DNA of 59,178 nt, counting the filler, from Sphacelaria rigidula (lineage: Eukaryota): NCBI GenBank assembly GCA_964200075.2. It is 7 parts of 7 records of this genome, joined end to end, with 100 filler letters (N's around TTAATTAATTAA, not from the genome) between each part and the next. Parts side by side here need not be neighbours in the genome. Positions count along the whole stretch, not along the records: positions 8,471 to 16,839 come from CAXNAA020011366.1; positions 16,940 to 25,308 come from CAXNAA020011367.1; 5 more parts are not named here. One strand, given 5' to 3'. The notes under the pieces were generated by a model. The model was not told the origin of the DNA. It searched no databases and saw only the letters and a list, made by a program, of their open reading frames with translations. Positions within the stretch are counted from its first letter, which is position 1, and each line of letters begins with the position of its first letter. Below are positions 11,368 through 22,500 of this stretch, piece by piece. The position numbers and the translations under genes were made by a program.

Positions 11368-14300
11368 GGTTCATGGCGCTACAGACACTACAGGGAATAT
11401 TCAGAAGGGAAAACAAGCCAAATATCGCATTTTTCTTGCCTTCGGCATTGCGCCGGCGGGTCCCCCTCACCAGCCGGGGGGGCCCTCGCGGCTTCGCTGC
11501 TCGACGCCGACGTTTCTCCAGTTGACCGGGGTAGCCGATTAACAGGGAAAACATCGATTAACTGGCCGCTGGCGCGGCCAGTTTGAACTCAACTGACCAG
11601 AGCCGCCAGTTCGCAGCCCTATTATTTTGGGTAGCTAGCCTGTAATCACGGCAGGCATCCGGACCAGATGCACTACGAAAGTGAGAGATGCTGTGCAGAT
11701 ATCGGAACGGTTTATATAATTAATTCATTGATTGATTAATTCATGATTGTTTGGGGATGGTCGATAGATGCTTGGATGTTTGGTTGGTTGGATTTTATTG
11801 TTAAGACAACAACGACAGAGACAATATTACGAACATTCACTCATCAGCAAATGTCTTTCGCAATACCTATCCAACAGTCGCACACACGGTATCATACTGA
11901 CTGCCACGAACAACTGAAGGGGGAGATACAGCCTGATTTTTGTGCAAGGTTGTAAGGGTGGCGCTACTGTAAGGGCGAAAAGGTATCTCGATTGCTCAAA
12001 CTGTTTTTAAGTTGAAAAACAATTTTCCAACCCGTTTTTCACCCGATCTTTGCATGCCTCAAATGGTAGTAGCCGCCACCAGCTTGGGAATCTAACCGAC
12101 ACCAAATGTGAAAACGGTTACTATGGGATCGAGCTATACCCATAGTCGTGATATTTCGGTGATATGGGCTCCTGGTGTCGTCGGATCTCCAAAGATGATA
12201 TGCTTCTTCTGTCCCATAAGTAAAGGTACCTAAGTTTGAACAGGCCCTCAATGATGTCCAATCGGGTTTTTTTTCGTTTTAATCAAGTCTATGGTGTTTT
12301 TTGGGTCAAGAAAAAGTGTTTAAAATTTGCAGCTCGTGCTTCAACCATGCCGCCAAAAAGTTGGTCTGTCCAAAAACGGCCATTTTTGGCTCGTTTTCCC
12401 AGAAAAGCATGATAGACCCGGGAGCACGAAAAATCGCGAAAAATGGGCCAGAAAATGTGAAAATCGCGAAATCACCATTGATTTCGGACATGTCTGTTAT
12501 ATTAACCTAAGTACGCCCCATCCAACATTTTGTTAGCATGTAATTGCTTGTGCTCGAGACGTGAAAACGTCCAAAATCGGTCAATGATGGGGGGGAAATG
12601 GATCAACAAGGGCCAAAATCGGGTATATTGTGACTCATTTTTAGTATAGAAATATAACTACACTTCTTCATTTTTTTTCCGGCTAGCTTCGTCTGCGCTT
12701 TGCCTTTCTAACGAACCCAACCACAACATCGTCGCCACCACTGGCATACCTAAATAATAATGTATCGCCGTTAGGTACCTTTACGTATGGGACAGAGGAA
12801 GTATGCACCAAAGACCCAGCAAGACTCGTGATGGTTTCTCCATATCTCGTAAAAAAGCTCAGCTCGCCTTCAAACTTCGCAGTTCGGTAGCTATTGGTTC
12901 TCCGAATGGAAAGAATGTACTGCTGAATAATTGCCAAGTTTCTCCACTCGTCACCGGCTTTCGGGGGCCCAGGCGTGGAGAACTCCGGAAGCCGGTACAG
13001 AATAAATACCTCATGGCAAAAAAAAAAAACGTAATCGTTCCAGGGAAGTTCAAGGAACGTTTAGCCCGAAGTTTTGTTCTAAAACTCGAAAAAGTCATGC
13101 AATCGGGTCGTTTTCACGTCAAACGTTCCCGAAACGTTCGTTTCGATACCAAAATCAATTAGTTGAAGAGGTTGGACCAGGCACGGTACACTTCACCGCA
13201 CTCATCTGCAAAATATCCCACCCATTGTTTCAGTTAGTCTCTGAAGAATACACTATGGGTCATCCCAAAACTTACTACGCACGATTTTTTTTTTTCTCTT
13301 CTCGCCGGTTATCAGTGGTCCCGGAGGTCATGTGAGCGGCGAAAATCCCCCAAAACCCTGGGACCGCCGATAACTGGCTAAATAAACAAAATAAAATAAG
13401 TCCTTAGGAAAATTCGTAATGATCTTGAATACATGTGTGCAAATTTTCACGGTTTCACTCCGAAAAGCGTCGTGAGGTTTTGCGTTTGTGTGGGGTGACA
13501 AGCATGAACCAACCAGAATAATTAATACGAGGAAAAACTGCTCCGAAAAACTGCTCCGAAACTGCTTCAAATCTGCTACAGGAGGGAAAATGGCAGGACC
13601 CCTGCTTGATATTTTTCGCGGCAGATTCTTTATACGTACCCAGCTTATCCCTATCATCACGTATTACGATGATAGCACTGCTATTGTTCGCTGGTAAAAT
13701 TGTTCCGAAAATACTTAAAAAAACCTGCGACGGACGGCAAAATTGACACATACAGGCTGGTTCGGGGCGAACAACCGGAATTTTTACCCCAGCGATCCTT
13801 CTCGCCATTTTTCGAGTTAGACCCTGAACTATCGCACACGGGTGCTCTGAGATATTCAGACAGACTGTATGAACGAGGTCTTGCGGTAATGTTTTTCGCC
13901 AGACATCCGGGGTACCAGGAGGCGGTGTCTGACACCTCGAAGGTGTCTTTGAAGGGTATCCTTCGAACACCATCGAAACATTCAACACCGACGGTTCCCG
14001 CAAAGTTGCCCTCGAGGGCTACCATTTCCGACAATACCGCATACCATCGAAAAAAGTTCGTTTCCACGGGGAAAATCCGTTCCCATTTCTCATCTACGGT
14101 GAGGGTGGAAAATCCATCGCCTCGAGCTAGGGTTAGGATTAGGACTATGATCTGTAAAATTAACCCTGAGGATCGATGACTTGGTACTGCGTCCACTTCA
14201 CGGACAGCACGAATACCGATGACCAACCATGCGTGTTTCCAGGAAAGTTCTTGGTTGGGCAACAGGCCTGAAGGGAGTGAAGAGTCATCATTTTCACGGT

Positions 14301-14687
14301 TTTGATTGATCGAATCATCCATCGTGGTCCCCCCACACATCACCTGGCATCGTCCACTTGCGATAGCGGTCAACCTATGGCCGACCATCTCCGTAATTAT
14401 CACTCTAATATCGAAGAAGCACACGAAAAAAAGGAGGCGCTTTTCTGCCTCTTTCGCGGTGTTTTTCGGCCTGCCTGCCCCCTCCAGCGTTGATAAGATA
14501 GGTGCAGCATACTGTTGTTGTAAAACACTGACTGGAGCTAGATGAAAAGAGCGTAGCGTGAAGTGAGCAGCGATGGCGCAGTGATGTACACTATTGAATT
14601 CGGCCGCTGATTAGAAAGTATAATTCCGTACGGCACAGAAGCAGCGGCAGTAGCGTAGTGGAGTGCACTTGAGAACATGTGATATAC

Positions 14688-14723
14688 ATTGATTGATTGA
14701 TTGATTGATTGATTGACTGATTG
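14688..14723. repeat. (GATT)n microsatellite
   Basis: Direct reading. Confidence 0.9.
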
Positions 14724-16245
14724 TCGCACTTTGACTGACCCCCCTGGGGTCCAGCCGTGGTCTCATAATAATACATGCAACATCAAAATACGCCCGGAGG
14801 GGTGCCAACGCTACTCCCAAAGCACCGATAGTTAAAGAACACACGGGCAAATACTATACGAGCTGGGAAAGCTTGAAACATTTTCTGGCGCCTTGACCAA
14901 GGTTGCAAGGCCCGTTCTCAAGAGTTAGAAGTCGACACTTTGACAGAACGTTTATATCATCAAGATGCAAAAACGTGTCGAAATGGTGAAGAAAAAAAAA
15001 AGGGCACCTTACAGCCAGTTTAAGACTCTGAACAAAAAAAACGCCATGCATACCTCAACAAATATGTGTATATAGTAGTGGCCAAGATGAAACATTTTTG
15101 CGTTTTGACACGTGGAACATATACAACAGTGTTTTCGTGAAATTGAGAGTAGAGGGTACGATTAAGAGTGAAGAGCGGACAATGAGTGAATGAATCGTTT
15201 CAGTTCCGAAATGCCCCTCCACGAGGTCCAATATGCTTTCTGTAGTAGTAGCTTGCCACTGAGGCCCTTAATATCCCCGAGTAGTATATCGACGTGTAGC
15301 TGCGAGCTCACGCAAGTGATGGAGGCAAAGAAAAGCACACACGGAATGAAAATTTGGCTAAGTTACAGCGAGTGATCAAAGCCAGTCTCAATCAGCGCGC
15401 TACTCTAAATCTCACGAAAACGTTGTTACATGTAAAATTTCAGCTCAGAACTCTTCGAACCGGGCCGTGCATTCCACTTCATGTGTGGCACCGTTGCACC
15501 CAGTTGTCTAACCGATACAAGAGACTCCCCAAAAGGCGGAAGGTTACGAGTTCAAATCCCGACAGTTTTTTTTTTGCAGAAGCTGGTTCCATCATTGAGG
15601 TCATACACAATGCAGTACATTTCTTGTTCTTTTTTTTTTTTGCGGCAGAGCGGCATCAGCAGGTTGTGGCCAGAAAAGGCACACGACGTGTTGTGCAAGA
15701 CCACACATTGTATCCTCTTTCCGTCCGACTGAACACGTCTCTCCATCACCGTGTGTGAGCTTGTTTTACGTAACAACCATGACCTTAACTTCGCTTCGAC
15801 GATACAAAAGGGAACAAGGGCAGTCGCGTCCTGATCGAGGGAGTTGTTTTCCCGTGCACCTCTAGCTTCCCTCTGCGCGCGCTGGCCTGCAGCTTGTCGC
15901 TTGCGTTGCATCGCCCGCCGCTTTGACCACTTCACATACGCACCGTCAGCCGATTTAACTCCAACAACCAACCATGTATGTATATTACAGTCCCATCATA
16001 GAGAGTGATGAATACGACACGACGCTGAGTGATCGAATTCATGGCACACTGGACAATGACAGTGTATTTCTATTTCTACTATCTACTCTGTGATGTATGT
16101 ATTCATTTTTCTAGCTATCCTCAGTTCCTCGCCTTTCCTTTTCCCGCTTGTTCTTGTTTTTTGTGTTTGTTTGAGTTTTTGTTTTTCAGTTTGACTCCGT
16201 TTATTTGTTCTATATTCCTTTTTTTCTTCCACTTTCTTCCACTTT

Positions 16246-16371
16246 TGAACCCTTTGGGAACCCATTGATGTTTTTTTCTTTTTGTGAATGAGCATCATTT
16301 TGACTTGAAAATTAATAAAATTGGTGCTGATTCAGGAAAAAAAAATCGTCAACGGGTTTCAAAAGGGTTAA
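16246..16371. mobile_element. piggyBac-like (TTAA) MITE, ~125 bp
   Basis: TGAACCCTTTGGGAACCCATTGATG ... CGTCAACGGGTTTCAAAAGGGTTAA imperfect TIRs with CCC/GGG termini. The left TTAA is degenerate. Confidence 0.6.
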
Positions 16372-16777
16372 GCAGCGTTCTCGCTCCGTTTTCATATACC
16401 TTGGGTACGTCCACCTAGTGGATAATGACCACGACTGGGACCCCCGAGGATCAGCTCACGTGCGACAAACAATCAATCAATCGACCATCGAACAGAACAT
16501 TCGTGCTTGTTCGAATGAACACTAGGCAATCAATATGCATATATTAGATCTATGGGTGATCTACAGTCGCTCTATGGTTGGCGTGTCAGAGGGGTGAATT
16601 CATGCAGCCGTGCGCTTTTCGGCTCGTTTATCGCCGTGCACGGTGAGTAAAGTTACATGACGCAAGAAGGTTTTTGCACAGCCAACGCCATTTATTGAAA
16701 GCATTACCTTCCACAATTGAAAATGACCAAGCTGTACGTTAGTTCCTGGTAGTTGCCATGGGTACAAATTATATGCA

Positions 16778-16839
<62 letters not shown>
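16778..16839. repeat. (ATT)n microsatellite at contig end
   Basis: Direct reading. Confidence 0.95.
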
Positions 16840-16939
16840 NNNNNNNNNNNNNNNNNNNNNNNNNNNNNNNNNNNNNNNNNNNNTTAATTAATTAANNNNN
16901 NNNNNNNNNNNNNNNNNNNNNNNNNNNNNNNNNNNNNNN
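16840..16939. other. Artificial contig-joining spacer
   Basis: Same 100-bp N/TTAATTAATTAA/N spacer. Confidence 0.98.
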
Positions 16940-16950
16940 CATTCACTGAT

Positions 16951-19409
16951 TCACCGCTTTTCACTCTCAATCGTATCATCTACTCTCAATCTCACGAAAA
17001 CACTGCTGACAGTGACGCGATTCAGCCGTTTGTAATTCACGGTGATGCGTATGTTTCTATCTTTTTGGGTGACGACCACGAGGGGTGAGGCCCATGGCGA
17101 AGACGAGTGTTGAATCAGACCAGCTCCTAAGTATGAATCCAACATAGCGTTGACTTTTTTGGTGAGGAGGGGATTCGTTCGATATGGTCGGGATGAGATT
17201 GGCGAAACGCCAGGTTGCAGGTTTATCTCGAATGGCAATGTTTTACAACGCCCGAGATCCGTTTTGAATCGGGAAAATCGGTCCTGATATTCCAGGAGAA
17301 CATTTTCAAACTCTTGGATGACAGCGGGCTCCCAGCCCGGACCATGTAGATCGAAATGGATATCACGCAAATAAGGTGGAAGTTGGTGCCACATTTGCAG
17401 GAAGTGTTCCCGAGACCCGACCGATAAGCCTTGAAGCACTTCATCAGGAGGTTCAGCAGGTGGTCGGTCAGATTCCACCGCAGAAATCCGAGTCGGGGGT
17501 GAGGGGGATAGATCAAACTATGGCTCATCAATGCAGTGAACAGAACCATCAGTCGGCGGTGTGGGATCAGGCGCCGGAGGGTCGACTACGCAGGTATCTA
17601 GAGGAATGTGCATAAGAGGAGCCGAGGCCATGCCCAAGACATCGCCAGGTTCCAAATTAGCGTGGCCTGTGAGAGGCAGGAGTTGTTCGCCGTCCGAGAC
17701 AAAATGCTCAGTGCCAGCGGGCGCACCAACTTCAGGCAGCAAACCCGCAAGGTAGTGGCCGGTGAGGGCAGGCATACCGTTGCGGCGAACAAGCAGAACT
17801 TCCAAGAATTGAGGCTCGCCGGAAAGGGTGATACCAGAACTGCCATTGTACCGTAGGTGGTAAGCCGCTCCGGTAGCCTGCTCATTCTTTTTGTAGGCTA
17901 AGGCACCATGAGGGTACCAAAGTGTTCTAGTTGGAGTTCTCCACGAGGCGCCGACTGAGGCGGTAATGGTGGGAGGGTGCGGTACGTACGTTGATCGAAC
18001 CGCATGTAGCTATCTCTGCCAAGGAGGAGAGCATGATGCATGGTGCTATCAGGGACGATGTAAGCCCAGACTGCGAGACTAGCCGAACGTGTATCATTGT
18101 GGAAACATTGCACACTAAGACAAACAGATTTTCGTGTCGTCAAAGGTGTGTTGGAGTCGTCGAAACCGCCCCAAACGCGAGGTTGGGTGGTGATTTCGCA
18201 GACATCGGAAGCAGCGCTAGTCTGCTTCATATGATTCCACATGGATTCTTTGATGAATGTCTGTGGGCTTCCGCTGCCTAACAACGAGACGCACTTGGTG
18301 CGTGTGGTGGCGTAAGGGCCGCAGTGTAATGCTACGCGGGTAGTGAAGGTGGCAGGATCAACGGACACCTTACCACCGACGAGGTCAGGACCATGTTCAG
18401 ATAACATGAATTGGTCAGGATCAGTCGGACTGACCGTGAAGACGGATGGCGGGTGATCCGCAGGGGGTTCAAAGGTATCGGTAGGCAGCGCGGGGATGTG
18501 ATCCGATCGTGAGGGGCAGTGTAAATCAGGATTTCGATCAATCTCGTAGATGACTGGCTTGGAAATACGAGGGTTGTCATTGAAGAGAGATTGCTGCGAA
18601 GTGCCACGGGGGTCATCAGTTGAGGATGCGGTACCGTCTGAAAGGTCCGATTCGGATCCCTCTTGGATGCCTGGCAGTGTCATCGAGCTCAAAGTCGCCG
18701 CTTTTGGGGGATAATGAGGTTGGCATTTTCCGCTGGCGGGAGGGGTACGTGTCAATACTCGCGCTTCTCTGGGAGCATGACGACGAGGCTTCCTCTCGTG
18801 CCGTAACAAATGGCTGGGAACTTCCAAGACTTCTTGGGAAACTGCAACTGCGTCCAGTTAAGGTGATGTTGTCAGCATCAGGGCATGCTCGGCCGAAACT
18901 TGTGGACTGTCCGCTGGCAAGCTCGGTACAAAGGGCACTGCTAAATGTGAAAGGGGGCGAGTGTTGTCCGCTGTATGTCGGGGTAGTTTCGCGGCAGAAG
19001 GGTGGCGCGAAGAGCGACTACGATCAAGCTGAGTAGGAGTCGAAGGATTTGAAGTGGTCAGTTTCAAACTATCAACACCAGAACCAGTTGAAGGAAGTCT
19101 GCTGCAACTGGTGCGAGCGATCGTTGAGGGAAGCCTGTGCCTCAAGGGTCCGCGGTCGGTTTTCCCACACCTCAGATATATACTTGGTTCCGGAGGACCA
19201 AGTCTGGAGCCAAGCATAGAGCTGGGTGGTGGGTCAACACAACGGTTACGCTGTGTGTATAAAGATAAAGACGGGGGTCGAGAAAAACGGCCGTCATAAG
19301 CTTTCCTACATAGTGTTGAAGAGTTTGGGTGAAACCGTTTTGTCACCCGAGCGGCGGTGTGCGTTGGATGAGTCTTCGATTCTGCTATCGGTGGCGCCGA
19401 AGACTTCAC
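16951..19409 (-). pseudogene. Disrupted pol (aspartic protease and RT N-terminus)
   Basis: Protease-like SLLGSGSPQTFI...LLLGRDS in ORF 17898-18827, with the catalytic Asp read as Gly. RT-like PISSRPYR...GLIQHSSSPWASPLVVV...NIRITVNYKRLNRVT in ORF 16951-17478. In-frame stops and a frameshift near 17900. Confidence 0.85.
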
Positions 19410-19505
19410 GCCGTCGTCGGCGTGTCATGGGTCGTCACGATCCGTCTTAAAAGAACCAAGGTTTCTGGCATTGGGGTTTGAGTTGTCGTGACCCGGCACC
19501 GTTCG

Positions 19506-22500
19506 CTAGTAGTGACCATGCAAAGACTGAGAAGGGCGGAAAGAACTATCTCTACGGCGAGTACCTGAGACGGTGGTGGTGGTGTGGCGGCGGTCGCGAT
19601 TTGAGCGAGAGTTGCTATGATGGTAAGACTGGCGGTGGTGGCGAGATGGTGTACGATACTCGCACATGCGTTTTTGCCATCGGCGCCACGTTGGCCCGTT
19701 GCTCTGAAGTTCAGGGTTCATGAGCGAAAAAGTATTGATGCAAGGTTCAGGGCAGTCACGCATACTGTGATCAGTGTCATTGCAGTTGATGCATGTGTTA
19801 GCATGGCGACGAAAAGCATCCTTGCGAGCCGAAGGCGAAAGCAAGGGGTTCCACAAATGTGGGTCATCTGTGATGAAAGCAGTTGTGGAAACGACATAGA
19901 CGCCATCAAAAGGTTCTGCCGAATAAGACCAAGCGTCGAAGCTTGCTCGGAACGGGTCTTTTTTGCTATGAACAGACATGACCGATCCACCGACAGAGTT
20001 GGGTGTCCAAGTAATACTGGACAAAGTGTGAGTGCGTCCACGAGATCCGAAGGTACGCGTGGATGCGGCACGCCAGGTCTGCGAAGACCCGGAAGAACAC
20101 TGTGTACCACGAATGGCAGGTGTTAAATTATGTTCATGATCTACAAACGCAGTCCCCATCGCGTCGTAAGGCACCTCTTTGTGCGCCAGAGCGCCCGGAA
20201 ACAAAGACGGCATCAGCGTCGGAAATTGCTGAGCGATACTATTGGGAACATACATCTGACACATAGCATCGCTAGGGTCATTCTGTCGGCCAGTACCAGT
20301 CACACTAGACACCAAAAGCTTGAAATCGCGGTAGTCAGCAAAGGGTACATCCGTTTCCACAGCGAAGGAGCTGAGGCGCTTGATGGCGCCGGCCTGATCG
20401 GACTTATCAAAACAACTTATGATAAGCCTTTCCAAATTGCCGAGTAGTAGCGGCGCTGTTCGCCCGCCGGCACAATCTTGATCCATGGCGTGGACGAATG
20501 AGACGATAATCTGCGTCAAGGAAGCAGCGATGTCAGGGTAGCGGAGGCTTATTGAGCGATGCAAAGCCTTGTGTAACGGGGCTCGCCATCCATCAATCCA
20601 GTCAGGGTCTTCGAAACGTTGTTGTCCAGTTGCGTCGGCCAACTCAAGGATGTTGCGCATAGTTCGACGCATTGAGGAAATGAGAGCGGATGTAAACTGA
20701 ACAGAATCCTCATTATCTGCAGCAGGCATGGTTTTGATATGCCATAGTTTCTTAACATCCATCTGTAAGTACTCACGCTTGATGGCAGCGACACGAGATG
20801 CTTCTCTTCGAGTATCAGAGGCGGCTTTATTAGCGGCAGCTTGTTGTTTGGCTGCGGCGGCGGCAGCTAATGACCGAGCCGAGGTAGAAGACAATGGGCG
20901 AGCCGGATTGTCACTATCACTACTATCCGTAAGACCTAGAAGGCGAGCGGACTCATCTGCGAGAGGAGGCGTTACTTGCCTGACGGCCGGTGAGGGCCGA
21001 GCGGATCGCGTCGAGGCGTACTGACGGTATCGTGATGTAGACGAGCTCGAAGGCTGATTGCCAGAGCGTTTATGGCTGCCCCGGATGGTACGGCGACCGG
21101 TGGTGTTCTTGCGGTGGGCTCCCCGTCCGCGGCATGTTTCGGCCCCAAGTTGGTCGTCGTCGAAGTCGTCATCATCACGGCGGTGATGAGAGGAGTGGGG
21201 TGTGATCCAGTCGTCATCATCGTCGGGTGTTAGCGTGTTGTGGGTGGCACGCATGGCGTTAAATAGGGCAGCGACGGTGGTTTCGTAGGTGGGACGAGTG
21301 TCCCCGGTACCGATCGTTAGGTACAGGACGAGTCGCTCGATGGTGAGGGCGCCCGGGTCGTTATTAGGCAGTTGTCCCCCTTGCTGTAGGAAAGGGGCGA
21401 TCACACTGTTTATGGGCAATGTGAGCGAGCGCCAAGCCTGCTCGGAGGCGCGGAAAGCGTTGTTGCGGTAAAATTTGCCCGAAAGTTGACGGAGCGTCCA
21501 AGAAAGCCAAGAACGTTCGCTGCCCTGAAGGCGGAGCCAAGGTGTGAGAGCAGTGGGCGTTGAGGCCTGAGGGACCTGCGGTGGTGCTGGTGGGGTGCGC
21601 GCAGGCGAGGCTGTAGGAGCGGCAGCAGCAGCGTATGTACGCGAGGGCTGGCGAGTCTCCGCTGAGCCTGAAGTTGAAGAAGGACGTGCAGGCGCTGGCA
21701 CTGCGGGCGTCGTCCGCAGAAGAGGAAGATGTTGCTCCTGTTCCAAGAAGCGTAAAGTCGTGGTGGCGGTGGCCGTGGCCGCAGTACATTGGCGCAGATG
21801 TTGTTCGTCGCGCCGAATGGAGTCACGCATTTTGTCGAACGCTGCGGGAAATTCGGTCAAAGTCTGTTGAGCCGCCCGCTGACGGCTGGACGCCGAGTCG
21901 ACGGCTTGGTGTTGGCGCGTGATGCGTGCTGTGAGATCGTTGAGAAGTAGATGAGTAGCGGCGTCATCCGCCGTGTCGCGGCGTGAGGGTGGCGCAGGGG
22001 GCGTGCCCAGTTGCAGTGCTCGGTATTCAACTAGGATTTGCTCCTGATCGGAGCGGGGACCACGCAACCAGAGCCGGGGCAGGAGGTCCGGCGGGCAATG
22101 CTCGATGCCCAACAGGGGGCGGTCGTCCGTGAGAGACGTGGGTACAGGCGCCGGAGCTGGACCAGTGGCGGCAGCATCATGCGGGGAAGTGTCAGATCCC
22201 GCAAGGGTTGTCGTGACAAGGGTGTCACCCGTGGCCGCTGTGTCGGCAGCCGCAGTCTCTACCGCGCGGGGGGCGGGGGATGTGACGCGGATGCTCTCAG
22301 CATCCGTATCGACGTCCGCTGCAGCAGTAGTGGGGGCGGCCGCGACAGAAGCGGTTGTCGAAGGTGCACGGGTGTTGGCCATGGTGGAAGCTAATCGCAG
22401 GTATCGACGAAGATCTGCAATTTGTCGTTCCACAGCACGCACAGTGGCAGCATCAGGATGGTGTGGAAGGGCACGGTTAGTGCTGCGTCCGTCGCGCAAA

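Noticed and set aside
13455..14545. Overlapping 150-250-aa ORFs, including a possible BED-finger-like DHLRNYH end
   Set aside because: No recognisable domain or splice structure could be supported. It may be a decayed TE but needs a database search.
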